Shown in pieces: positions 41,416 to 53,820 of a DNA stretch of 64,000 nt (its first letter is position 1; each line of letters opens with the position of its first letter). A program made the position numbers and the translations under genes. The notes under the pieces are model-generated. The model saw only the letters and a list, made by a program, of their open reading frames with translations, was not told where the DNA came from and made no database searches. The DNA comes from Chiloscyllium plagiosum (lineage: Eukaryota), in assembly GCF_004010195.1 (NCBI RefSeq), contig NC_057718.1:4309774-4373773 (forward strand), in the 5' to 3' direction.

Positions 41416-42609
41416 TGCCCTGTTGAATGGCAGCGCCTCCCGTAGTTTAGCACAGGTCACCAGGATGATCAGGGAAAACTGCCCTGCCAAAAACTACAAG
41501 CCCTAGTGCCACATGATGGTTTCACGTATGGCATTTGTGATAAAATCCCCTCAGGGACTGGCCTGTTAGTCACCGGTGATGGTGCTCTATGTCAGGAGGC
41601 AGCAGCTGAAATGGACTGAAGAAAATGAGCAGAAGAAAACAGACAAGGAGCTCAATGTCAGAGTTTGCTTGGCAGTGCTGCTGTGTAGCAGATGGTGATA
41701 ATTTCCTATACTCAAGTAATTATTTCAATGCAAGTTATTGTTGTTAAGAGTGAACTAGTTGAGATTAACCTCTGACCCTTCCCTTGACTAACACCTGAGT
41801 CTCCGTGGCAATGCCTCTTGCTGTTGCACCCTCATGGATACCTGGCTACACCTCAATCTCCTCCTCACTCCCAAACCCCCAGTAACACCTGTTCCATCCC
41901 TTTCAGCAATTCTTTGTGATACCTGTACCATGCCCACATAAACCTCACCGTCCAACAATGATTTCCTCATGGCAATCTTTCTCCCTCATCACTTCAAACA
42001 GCTCCTCATCCTGAGTGCCTTCAACCTTCATCTAAACTCTGTCCTCACCTTCATTACAAATTGTACCCTCTACCTTGATCCACTTCACTCACTGTCTCTC
42101 TGATTTTGACAGTTCCCTGTGCAATCCCTTTCCCCTTGCCGTACCCCATCTTCCCCTGATTGATCTGTGCCTTTCACCCCAAAAACAATATGGCTGACTT
42201 CAAACTCTCCAACTGAATTCACACATTCCTTCCCAAACAGTGACCCTCTCCAGAGGCCCCTCACCCCTCTCAGCCCTCCCTACATGCACCAGTCACCTCT
42301 GGATAAATGACCCCCATGCTAACTCCTTAACTGATTCACTAATCCCTCTCCATTCAGTTTCCCCTCATCCAGCCAGAATCACAAAGTGCCCAGCGACAGG
42401 AACCAGTCAACAATGGCAAAGAATGGCTTCACGGGCCAACTGGAAAGACCATTCCCCTCAAGGAGATGCCTTAATTTGGAGTCAGAAATCTAGCGGTGAA
42501 CAGAGAGTAGTTAGAGAAGCTGGCTATCTCGCATCTCTCTGAACAAACATCTGCCACAGCATCCCTTTTTTCTCTTGACTCTTGGCCTTTGACCCCTTTG
42601 CTGTCAAGA

Positions 42610-43695
42610 AATGGTAGACAGGATGGTGAAGAAGGCATTTGGTATGCTTTCCTTTTTTGGTCAAAGCATTGAGTATAGGAGCTGGCAAATGGGACTAGAT
42701 TAGTCTAGGATATTTGATCAGCATGTTGCGGCTGTACAGGATATTGTCTCGGCCACTTTTGGAATACTGTGTTCATACCTGGTCTCCCTTCTCCCTGGAA
42801 GGATATTGTGAAACCTGAAAGGGTTCAGAAAAGATTTACGAGGATGTTGCCGGGATTGGAGGGTTTTAGATATAGGGACAGGATCAATAGGCTGGGGCTG
42901 TTTTCTCTGGAGCACCGGAGGCTGAGGGACGACCTTATAGAGATTGATAAAATCATTCTGGGCATGGATAAGGTATATAGGCCTTATTTTCCTGTGGTGG
43001 AGGAGTCCAGAACTAGAGGGCATAGGTTTAGGGTGAGAGGGGAAAATTAAAAGTGGACCTATGGGACAACTTTTTCACACAGAGTGTGATGCATATATGG
43101 AATGAGCTGCCAGAGGAAGAGGTGGATGCTGGTACAATTACAACATTCAAAAGACATCTGGATGGAAATATGAATATGAAGGGTTAGGAGGTATATGGGT
43201 CGGGTGCTGGCAGGTGGAATGAAATTAGGTTCGGATATCAGCCCCTCACGCCGTGAGCCTTTCCTCCCTCCACTCCAACACTGGTGTTGTCTCCCCAGGG
43301 ACAATTCGATCTACCACACAGAATCATAGAGATGTACAACACGGAAGCAGACCCTTTGGCCCAACCCATCCATGCTGACCAGATTACCTAACCTAATCTA
43401 GTCCCATTTGCTAGTACTTGGTCCATGTCCCTCTAAACCCTTCCTATTTATATCTCCATCCAGATGCCATTTAAATGTTGCAATTGTATCAGCCTCCACC
43501 ACTTCCTCTGGCAGCTCATCCCATACACGCACCACCCTCTGCGTGAAAAAGTTGCCCCTGAGGTCTATTTTAAATCTTTCCTCTCTCACCCTAAACCTAT
43601 TCCCTCTAGTTCTGGACTCCCTCACCCCAGGGAAAAGATCTTGGTTGTTCACCCTATCCATGCTCCTCATGATTTTATAAACTTCCATAAGGTCA
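42610..43695. mobile_element. Two CR1 fragments in opposite orientation (+ 42610-43230; - 43320-43695)
   Basis: The same ORF2 C-terminal motifs occur on both strands. Confidence 0.85.
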
Positions 43696-44711
43696 CTGTT
43701 CAGCCTCTGTCTGCCACTCTGGTTGTATGGAATGAGTCTTTAGATTTCCATTTGCCCTCTTGAACAATCATTGCCCGGTTGTTCACCCTATCCATGCTCC
43801 TCATGATTTTATAAACTTCCATAAGGTTATAAAGGTTCAGCCTCTGTCTGCCACTCTGGTTGTATGGAATGAGTCTTTAGATTTCCATTTGCCCTCTTGA
43901 ACAATCATTGCCCCTGCTTGAGACAACTGTTAATATTGAGGTGTCAGTCAGTGATGTTAATGGTTGTGATGGTGGGTCTGCTCGCTCACTATTGTCACCA
44001 ACCCTCGGCTCTGATACACAGTGCACTTTCTGGATGGAAATGGTTAATGGAAAACTGGTGAGGTTGGAGCTGATGGGGAGCACAGTGTATCCTCCCTGCT
44101 CAGTTTCTATTGACATTAACATTTAGCTCTAAGGCAGCCCACAACATTCCTCATTAAATTCACAACATTCTGGAAACATTGCATGGTTAATCAGACAGAC
44201 TGGGCAATATTCCAGAGTGAGTCAGACTCCTTGGCTTCCACAATTTAACAGATCTGGAAGAGTAGGGTTCATACTCAGAACACCAGCAGCTGAGCAGTTT
44301 TATCTGGAGGTCATTTTATCAAGGTAGGATAAGAGCTGGGGAGCATTTAAATGCTCCAATTTACTTGGTGTTTTATACTGTTCTTCTAAACAAGTGGATA
44401 GACATGCACAAACCCAATGGGAACATTCTGAGTGACAATTGTAATCATAGTTAAAAATCACACAACACCAGGTTATAGTCCAATAGTTTGATTTGGAAGC
44501 ACTAGCTTTCATAGCATTGCTAGTGCTTCCAAATAAAGCTGTTGGATGATAACCTGGTGTTGTGTGATTTCTAATTTTGTCCACCCCAGCCCAATGGCAG
44601 CATCTCCACATCATCATTATAATCATGGACTGAATGAGAAGGAGCTGGGTGTTTTGGTCAAGGGGGGGGAACCCAGACTGGGGAAGATGGAATTTGAGAT
44701 TTGAATAGGTC

Positions 44712-45025
44712 CCCGGCACGGTGGCACAGTGGTTAGCACTGCTGCCTCACAGCGCCAGAGACCTACGTTCAATTCCCGCCTCGGGCAACTTCTGTATGGA
44801 GTTTGCACATTTTCCCCGTGTCTGCGTGGGTTTCCTCCGGGTGCTCCGGTTTCCTCCCACAGTCCAAAAATGTGCAGGTTAGGTGAACTGGCCATACTAA
44901 ATTGCCCGTAGTGTTACGTGAAGGGGTAAATGTAGGGGAACGGGTTTGGGTGGGTTCTCTTCGGAGGGTCGGTGCAGACTTGTTGGGCCGAAGGGCCTGT
45001 TTCCACACTGTAAGTAAGTAATTTA
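44712..45025 (+). mobile_element. tRNA-derived V-SINE (HE1-like). Other copies at about 7760-8075(+), 18770-19055(-), 24115-24470(-), 34760-35079(+), 35815-36135(+), 54415-54710(+), 55545-55892(-), 63450-63725(-)
   Basis: A box TGGCACAGTGG, B box GTTCAATTCC, V-domain GGAGTTTGCAC...GGTTTCCTCCGGGTGCTCCGGTTTCCTCCCAC, CR1-like tail. Confidence 0.85.
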
Positions 45026-45509
45026 ATCAAGACATATTAGTTCAGCCCTAGGTGAGAGTTGTCTCCACTTTTGGACAGTCAATATCAGTTAAGGAAAATT
45101 AATGTTGGGCATAAAATATAATTTAGTTTTATTTGGACAGAGAAGTCACTGGAAAGACCAGCATTTGTGGCCATTAACCTCAGAGACTCACTGAACATCA
45201 GGGAACATTTCTGAGTCAATCACATTGCTCCGGTCTGAGGTCAGGCGTAGGCAAGACTAGGAAACAGCAGCAGATTTCCCTCCCTGAAGGACATGAGTGA
45301 ACCAGATGGTGTTTATAATCAATTAATGATGGTTTCATGGTCATTGTTATCAGGATGAGCTCTCAGTTTTGAAATTACTCATGGAATTTAAATTCCACCA
45401 ACTAACGTGGTGGAAACTCAGTCCATTTCCCCAGAACATTAACTCCGCCCTCCGAATTACACAGTGACATTCCCACCCACTGTTGTCAAATATTAAACAA
45501 TAGTTACAT

Positions 45510-47230
45510 CAAACCTAGGAGCAGGAGTGGGCCATTCGGCCCTTCGAGCCTGCTCCCCAAGTCAATGTGATCACGACTGATCATCCAACTCAATAGCTTG
45601 TTCTTCCTTTTCCCAAAGCTTTTGATCCATTTAGTCCCAAGTGTGATATCCAACAGCTTTCTGAAATCATTCAATGTTTAAGCTTCAACCGTTTTTCTGT
45701 GGCAGAGAATTCCACAGGCTCACATTCTATCTGGATGTATCATGGCTTGGTATGACAACTGCTCTGCCAGGATCAAAGAGACTACAGAGAGTTGTGAACA
45801 CAGCCCAGTCCATCACACAAGCCAACCTCCCATGCATTGACTCCATCTACATTTCCCACTGCCTCGGGAAAGCAGCCAACATCATCAAAGACCCCTCCCA
45901 CCCTAGTTATACCCACTTCCAACCTCTTCCATCAGGCAGAGGATACAGAAGCTTACACACACATTCCAATGGATTCAAGAACAGCTTCTTCCCAACTGTT
46001 ATTAGACTCCTGAATGGACATCTCAAATTTCAAATTTAATATTGATTTTGCTCTTCTGACGGTGCTGCTCCTTTAACAAGGTTATACTGTCCTTGTCTTT
46101 TTTTTCTCAGAGAGGTCGTAAAAGCAGAAATTCTGAAAGGTCTGACTTGGAAGTGTTTTAGGGCCAGTTTGATTATAGCTAACAGATACTGCCTCAGCCA
46201 AAAGGCTTTCCAATTTTAAAAAAATCACTTGTATAATGAAAGGGGAGTGGCCAGTTCTCCCAGTTCTGCTTCTCTCTGGTTTGGGTTTGGTTTGGTTTGA
46301 TTTTAGCAAGCAGTCATTGTGAAGCTATTGGACCCAAAGAGGCAGGTCCATGCTGACCCTCCCTCTCTCTGACATCTATCCTGTAAGATCTGTGTTTGAT
46401 TTTATCTCTTGTGCCAAGAGGTGTTTATGGAGATTGTTGCAAGTGTTTGAAACAGCATCATTAAGTTGGGATAATCTGTTGGGTCTTCAGATCGGTTACG
46501 TTATTCTGTATTCTGTTCTGTTTTGTTTGTGTTCCTTTTGGTAATCTTGTAAATAAATTCTGTTTTGTTTAAAACTAAGTGATTTGACCAGCTGCATTCC
46601 TCCTGGAATATCCGCATTATACCTGTTTGAAACAACTAGCAAAGTTAGGGTCTGGGCAACTTTCTTGAAATGTTTTGAGGGGATCTGGCCTGGTCCATAG
46701 TACTCTCTGCAATTTCTCTGCAGCTATAACATTGTATTCCTCGCTCTGTTCTACTACTGCAATGGACCTTGTATGGTGTGATCTGCCTGCACTGCACACG
46801 AAACAAAACTTTTCACTGCAACTAGGCACATGTGACAATAATAAATCAAATATCTCTGGGTGGAGAAATTTCTCCTCATCTCAGTCCTTACTGACCCACC
46901 CTATATCCTTAGACTGTAACCTCTGGTTTCAGACTCTGCTGCCATTGGGAACATCCTTCCTGCATCGAGCCTATCGAACTCTGTTAGAATTTTTTAGGCT
47001 TCCATAAGATTCCCCCCATCATTTTTCTGAACACAGTGAATTTCAAGTTAACCATTTCAATGTCTCCTCATATGTCAGTCCTGCCATTCCCGAAATCAGT
47101 CTGGTAAACCTTTGTTACACTCCCTCGCGAGCAAGAAAATTCTTCCTCAGATAAGGAGACCAAAACTGCACATGATATTCCAGGTTTGGCCTCACTAAAG
47201 TCCTGTGTAATTCCAGCAAGACATCCCTGC
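45510..47230. mobile_element. Nested cluster: CR1 (-) containing a Rex1/Babar-like LINE 3' end (+, about 45730-46850), which contains a solo-LTR-like element (46055-46702)
   Basis: RLQRVVNTAQSITQ...IIKDPSHP...SFFPTVIRLLN is Rex1-like. CTCT duplication at 46051-46054 and 46703-46706. The CR1 sequence resumes at about 46851. Confidence 0.75.
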
Positions 47231-47864
47231 TAGTTTAGTTATTAGATATTTAAAGTTATGTGTCTAAGGTTGAGATTTGGGATATCTACTTTGTGGATTG
47301 GGTAAAGACATTGGAAATGAAAAGGTTTTGAATTGGTACTGGGCATTAGTCCATGACAGGCTTTTTGTCATGTGACACAATGAACCAATTCCATTGCTGT
47401 GGTCTGGGACATGTACCAGTCGGTGGGGGTGGAAGAGCTCAGGCCTGGTTTACTTTCAAATTGAGGTGTGAATGGGGTTCAATATTCATCCCTCCAGGCC
47501 CTGATTCTAATTGTAGCCTGCTGTCCACATATAATATTTACTGAAAACAAACTGGACCAAATGGGTGACTGAAGATATCAAGAGATGTGAGAAAACCTCT
47601 CAAACTGCCAGCGAAAGTGTGTATTCCCAATGAACCCTCAATCCAAAATAGAGAGTAGCCTTTGGTACAATGTCAAACTTCTTCACTCTCAATTCCCTGA
47701 GGCTCAGTAAGGCAGGAAAATAACTTATTCATCATTGTGTAACTAAAGACCGTCAGACTAACAGCCTCTTACATTCTCAGACAGTGGAATGTTCCAGTTA
47801 TTCTCTGAAGTTTGGAACTGTTCTTGTAGTTGTACAGTTGAAAGTTGAACTGTTCCCATTTACT

Positions 47865-48330
47865 GGATTAGTGGTGCTGGAAGAGCACAGCAGTTCAGGC
47901 AGCATCCAAGGAGCTTCGAAATCGATGTTTTGGGCAAAAGCCCTTCATCAGGAATAAAGGCAGTGAGCCTGAAGCGTGGAGAGATAAGCTAGAGGAGGGT
48001 AGGGGTGGGGAGAAAGTANNNNNNNNNNNNNNNNNNNNNNNNNNTGCCCTGGGGTTGAAGTGTTCCGGGGCGGAAGATGAGGCGTTCTTCCTCCAGGCGT
48101 CTGGTGGTGAGGGAGCGGCGGTGAAGGAGGCCCAGGACCTCCATGTCCTTCGGCAGAGTGGGAGGGGGGTTGAAATGTTGGGCCACGAGGCGGTGTGGTT
48201 GATTGGTGCGGGTGTCCCAGAGATGTTCCCTAAAGCGGTCTGCTAGGAGGCGCCCAGTCTCCCCAATGTAGAGGAGACCACATCGGGAGCAACAGATACA
48301 ATAAATGATATTAGTGGATGTGCAAGTTCC
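47865..48330 (-). mobile_element. Penelope-like element fragment with GIY-YIG endonuclease
   Basis: TCTSTNIIYCICCSRCGLLYIGETGRLLADRFREH...VAQHFN, followed by a hammerhead-like end. Confidence 0.88.
48019..48044. other. Assembly gap (26 N)
   Basis: Run of N. Confidence 1.
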
Positions 48331-48509
48331 CATTTAGCCTTTGGAAGAGAAAAAGAAACAATTCCTAAATGTCTCAGTACCAATTGCCTCTGCCCCTTGG
48401 CCCCATTGCAGGCTATTCTCAATTCCCAAATAATGACGCTATTTTCTTCAACTGGTTCTGCACTGTAAACTTCCAAATCCTCTACAACTCTGAACATTGA
48501 CCTGCAGTT

Positions 48510-50250
48510 ACATTTAAGTTTCTTGGGGGTCTTGACAGGGTTGATGCAGAAATGTGGTTTCCCCTGCGTGAGGGACCAGAGAACATCATCTCAGAGATAG
48601 GGGTCGTACATTTAAGGTAGAGATGGAGATGCATTTCTTCTCTCAGAGCAAGTGAATCTGTGGAATTCTTTCCCATGGGGACAGTGGAGGCTGGGTCATT
48701 ACGTGACAGATTTTTAATCAGCAAGGGAATCAAGGATTATGGATAAAATGCAGGAAATTGGAGTTGATTATCAGATCAGCCATGAACTCATTGAATGGCA
48801 GTGCAGACTTAATGGGCTGAATGGCCTACTTCTGCTCTTATGACTTATGGTCTTCTTAAGGTCTTTAAGATAGGCAGCCAATGACCAGTGGAGTTCTATG
48901 GGGTCAGTAATGGGATTTATATTAGCATCATACATAAGCAATCTGGTTAAAGAATCTGAGGGCATTATTGCTAAGTTTCCAGACAACACAAAGATAAATG
49001 GAGAGACACTGCTGAGGTGGGAAGGCTGCTGAAGGACTTGGATGGACTCGGAGGTTGTCAAAGAAATTGCAGATAGAATACAATGTAGGAATGTCTGAGG
49101 TTATGCAGTTTGGTAGGAAGAATTCAGATGTAGACTATTTTCTAAATGGGGAAAAGCTTTCAAAATCTGAAGACTTTGGAAATCTCAAGGACTTGACTTT
49201 TCCTTCAAGATTCCATAAGGGTAACAGAGCTGAAAATGTGTTGCTGGAAAAGCGCAGCAGGTCAGGCAGCATCCAAGGAACAGGAGGATCGACATTTCGG
49301 GCATAAGCCCTTCTTCAGGATAAGGGTAACATGCAGGTTCAGTTGGCAGAAAGGAAGCTAAATGTAATTTTAGCATTCATTTCAAGAGGGCTAGAATACA
49401 AGTGCAGAGATAAGTTGCTGAGGCTGTATGAAGCTCTGGTTAGATCACATTTGGAATATTGTGAGCAGTTTTGGGCCCTGTATGTAAGGGAAGATGTGCT
49501 GGTCTTTGGGGGATACAGAGGAGATTTATAAGAAAGATCCCTGGGATGAAGGGAATGTCATATGAGGAGTGGTTGGGGACTCTCGGTCTGTACACGATAG
49601 AGTTTAAAAGGATAGGGGGGCTCTGATTGAAACACACAGAATACTGAGAGGCCTGGATAAAGGATACATGAAGAAGATTTTTCCACTAATAGGAGAGATT
49701 AGGACCCAAGGGCACAGCCTCAGAATGAAGGGATGATGGGATGAAGGTGTCGCTGGCTAAGCCAGCATTTATTGACCATTCCTAATTGCCCAGAGGGCAT
49801 TAGTAAACCAGATGGATTTTCCCCAACAATCTAATGGTCATCATTAGACTCTTAATTCCAGATATTTATTGAATACAAATTTAGCCATCTTTCATGATGG
49901 GATTTAAACCCAGGTACCCCAGAGCGTTACATCAGTGTCAGGATTAACAGCTCAGCAATAATGCCACGAGGCCATCATCTCCCCAGTTCAGGACTGAGAT
50001 GAGGAGGAATTTCCTCAGCCAGAGAGTGGTGAGTCTGTGCAACTCATTGCTGCAGAGGCCTGTGGAGACTAAGTCATTGAGTGTATTTAAAACAGAGATA
50101 GATAGGTTCTTGATTGGTAAGGGGATCAAGGGTTACAGGGAGAAGGCAGGAGAATGAAATTGAGAAACATATCAGCCATGATCGAATGGCGGAGCAGACC
50201 TAATGGGCCAAATGGCCCAATTCTACTTCTACATCTTGCGGTCTTAAGGT
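48510..50250 (+). mobile_element. CR1 LINE fragments with nested short insertions
   Basis: LAFISRGLEYK...LVRSHLEYCEQFW; two CR1 3' tails. Confidence 0.8.
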
Positions 50251-52624
50251 CTTGGTTTCTGACTTTCATCTCAGCATGAGTCATAAGGAGAGGTGAGGGC
50301 CTGGTGTTATTAATTGAATAACAATCCAGAGACACAAGCAATGGTTTCGGGTTTAAATCCTACTACTGCTGAATTTGAATTGAATAAAATAATCTATAAT
50401 TAAAAGTCTAATATCAACTATGTAACCACTGCTGTTTGTTGTAAAAACCCATTTGCCTCACTAATTATCCTTTATAAAGGAAATCTGCCATCCTTACCTG
50501 GTCTGGCCTATGTGTGATTCCACACCCACAACGATGTGGTCAGCTCTTAACCCACATTCTGAAATTGCCCAGCCAGCTACTCTGTTGTATCCCAAGGGTA
50601 ACTGAGGACAGCCAATAAATGGTGGCCCACCCAGCCACAGCCACATTCCCACGAGGGATGAAATCAATGTCGGAGGATCCTGAGAGATGTTGATTGGGAA
50701 AAGGGGAGAAATTTGTGGCCTGAGGAAGAAGGGAATCGACTCATTTTTAATAGCTTGGCATGAGAATCTGATGAGACATTGGAGCAGGCAAGTTTTCACT
50801 AAGGCTCAGGAGAGATGTTCACTGCCAAGATCAACAGGACCATTTCAACAGCAACATTTCCCTGAGGCCTTTAACTTTGTTCCGGAGCTCCAGAGCTTAA
50901 TGTTGTTGTTATGTACATGGCCTGAGCAATCACAATAAAATATGAACTCAAACCCCAGCGGGGGCAGTTTGGAAAATTGAATCCAGTTAAAACCCGGAAA
51001 TGGAAGCTGCTACCAGTAAAAAAAACTGTAAGGATGTCAGTCAATCCTAAAATCCAGTCACTTGATGTCCTTTAGGGAGAGAGACCAGCTGTCCTTACCC
51101 AGTCCACACTTTATGGAATTTCAGACCCTTGCCAACTTGAGTCTCTCGTAACTGACCTCTGATGCAATTGAGCAAACTGCTCATTTATACCAAACTGTGG
51201 CTGCAGCTCACTAACTTCTCAGCATGGACAATAACTACCAGCTTTACCAACGACTCTGAGCTGCTGGGATAATGAGTGGGAATCTATTGTGTTGGTCAGT
51301 GTTTTACTGCTGATGTAGAAATCTGGAAACATATACATTTGAAAGCTATTTTCTGATGACTTCAGGATAAGAGGTATCCCAGAGTAACCACTGCTTGATT
51401 ACAGTAAACAATTCTGTGTTGGCTGTGGAATGTTGGCGAGTTTGAGAGAGGGGGTGCTGTGGGATGACTGGGTGAGGTCATGACTAGCTCAGAACAAAAC
51501 AATCCCTCATTTTGTAAAAATTGTGTTGTTAATCTTCAAATCTCCACTTTCCTTCCATTCTCATCCACCTTTACTGGTCCCTACTGGTGTAGAGATCCCT
51601 GCAGAATCTGGCTTAACTTCACCGCACCCCAATTCTCATTGACATTTTTGGCTATAGGGAGGCTGAAGGGAATCACAGTTCATCCTCACGTGATACTGAG
51701 CCAGACATGACATGAAGACACGATGTGAGTCAGGGAAGGAACCTTGGCTGAACCCCAGTGAAACTGAGCACAGTATGGCTAGAGTCCAGCTGGAATAACT
51801 CCTGCACAGTGTCTGTGGCAGCTGTCTGTAAGAGCAGGGCTTTAATAAAAGACCTTGTGGTGCATTTGGATTGGCATCAGCTCAGAATTAAGCAGCAACT
51901 TACTGGGAAAATGGAATAAAAGGAAGACTTACATTTACATAGAGCCTTATCATAATCCAAAAAATTACAGGTTCTTTTTTATTTGTTCAGAGGTCATGGA
52001 TGTCACTGGCCAGACCAGCATTTATTGCCCATCCCTAGTTGCCCTTGAGAAAGTGGTTGTGAGCTGCTTGCTTGAACCGATGCAGTCCATGTGTTGTAGG
52101 TTGACCCACATGCCCTTGGGGAGGGAATTCCAGGATTTTGATCCAGCGACAGTGAAGGAACAGCAATATATTTCCAAGTCAGGATGGTGAGTGGCTTGCA
52201 GGGGGATTGTAAGTGATGAGGTTCCCATGGATCTGACGCTTTTGGTCTTTGAGACGGTTAATGTCATTGGTTTGGAACGTGCTGTCGAAGAAGATTAACC
52301 CCAATTCTTTTGCAGGTGAATTTCTGCAGTGCATTTTATAGATTTTTTATTCATGTATGGAAAGTGGACACCCATCCCTAATTGCCCTTGATCTGAGTGG
52401 CTTGCTCATTCGTGTGGGTCTGGAGTCACATGCAGTATAAGCCATGTGACTCCAGACCAGGTAAGGATGGCAGATTTCACTCTGTCTGGGAGATTTCTTT
52501 TACAACAATTGACAGTGGTCACATCCTCACCATTTCAATTTCAGATATTTATTGTATGTAAATTTTAGCATCTGCCCTGTTGGGATTCGAACACAGGTCC
52601 CTGGAACATTAGCCTTGAGTTAGA

Positions 52625-53460
52625 GAGTCAAAGAGTCATTTACAGCATGGAAGCAGACCGTTTGGTCCAGCCCGTCCATGCCGACCAAACATCCTAAATT
52701 AATCTAGTCCAATTTGCCAGCATTTGGCCTGTATCCCTCTGAACCCTTCTTATTCATATACCCATCCAGAAGCGTTTTAAATGCTGTAATTGTACCAGCC
52801 TCTACCACTTCCTCTGGCAGCTCATTCCATATATACACCACCCTCTGTGTGAAAATGTTGCCCCTACGGTCCCTTTTAAATCTTTCCCTCTCACCATAAA
52901 CTTATGCCCTCTGGTTCTGGACACCCTCATCCTAGGGAAAAGACCTTTTCTGTTTATCCTAACCATGCTCCTCATGATTTTATAAACCTCTATAAGGTCA
53001 CCCCTCAGCCTCTGACGCTCCAGGAAAAACAGACCCATCCAGATACCTTTTAAATGTTGTAATTGTTCCGGCCTCCACCACTTCTTCTGGCAGTTCATTC
53101 CAGACATGCAACACTCTCTGCTTGAACGATTTGCCTCTTAGGTCCCTTTTCAATCTTTCCCATCTCACCTTAGTTTTGGTCTCCCCTACGCTGGAGAAAA
53201 GACCTTGGCTGTTCATCCTATCCATGACCCCGATGATTTTGTAAACCTCTATAACATCACCCCTCAATCTCCGATGCTCCAGGGAAAACAGCCCCAGCCT
53301 GTTCAGCCTCTCCCTATAGCTCAAATCCTCCAACTCTAGCAACATCCTTCTAGCTCTTTTCTGGACCCTTTCTAGTTATACAACATCCTTCCTATTGCAG
53401 GAAGACTAGAACTGAACACAGTATTCCAAAAGTGGCCTAACCAATGTCCTGTACAGTTCT
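52625..53460 (-). mobile_element. CR1 fragment with an internal duplication
   Basis: The RLRGD(L/V)IEVYKI block occurs twice; junction at about 53035. Confidence 0.85.
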
Positions 53461-53479
53461 GGATTACCAGCCCAGTAGG

Positions 53480-53820
53480 TGATAGCCTTTCGGCATCATC
53501 ATTAGTCTATTAATCCAGAGGCTCACGTAATGTCCCAGGGACCCAGATTTGAATCCTGCCATAGCAGATAATTCTATAATAATCTGGAAATAACAGTCTA
53601 ACAATAACCATGAAACTATTGCTGAGTGTTGGGAAATACCCATCTGGGTCACTAATGGCCTTTCGGGAAGGAAACTGTCATCCTTACCTGGTCTGGCCTA
53701 CGTGTGACTCCAAACCCACAGCAGTGTGACTGACTCCTAATTGCTTCCTGGGTAATTAGGGATGGGCAATAAATGCCATTCCAGCCATATGGTGATGACT
53801 ATATCCCATGAATGATTTTA
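53480..53820 (+). mobile_element. Second SINE family. Other copies at about 3145-3495(-), 10320-10690(-), 11570-11900(-), 45140-45480(-), 50290-50660(+), 52350-52615(-), 58700-59025(+)
   Basis: Shared core CCATCCTTACCTGGTCTGGCCTACATGTGACTCCAGACCCAC and tail GGGCAATAAATG. The tail is shared with LINE-like fragments at 1125-1505, 9605-10230, 13625-13995 and 57545-58005. Confidence 0.75.

Noticed and set aside
44712..44785. tRNA gene
   Set aside because: The A and B boxes are the tRNA-derived head of a multi-copy SINE.
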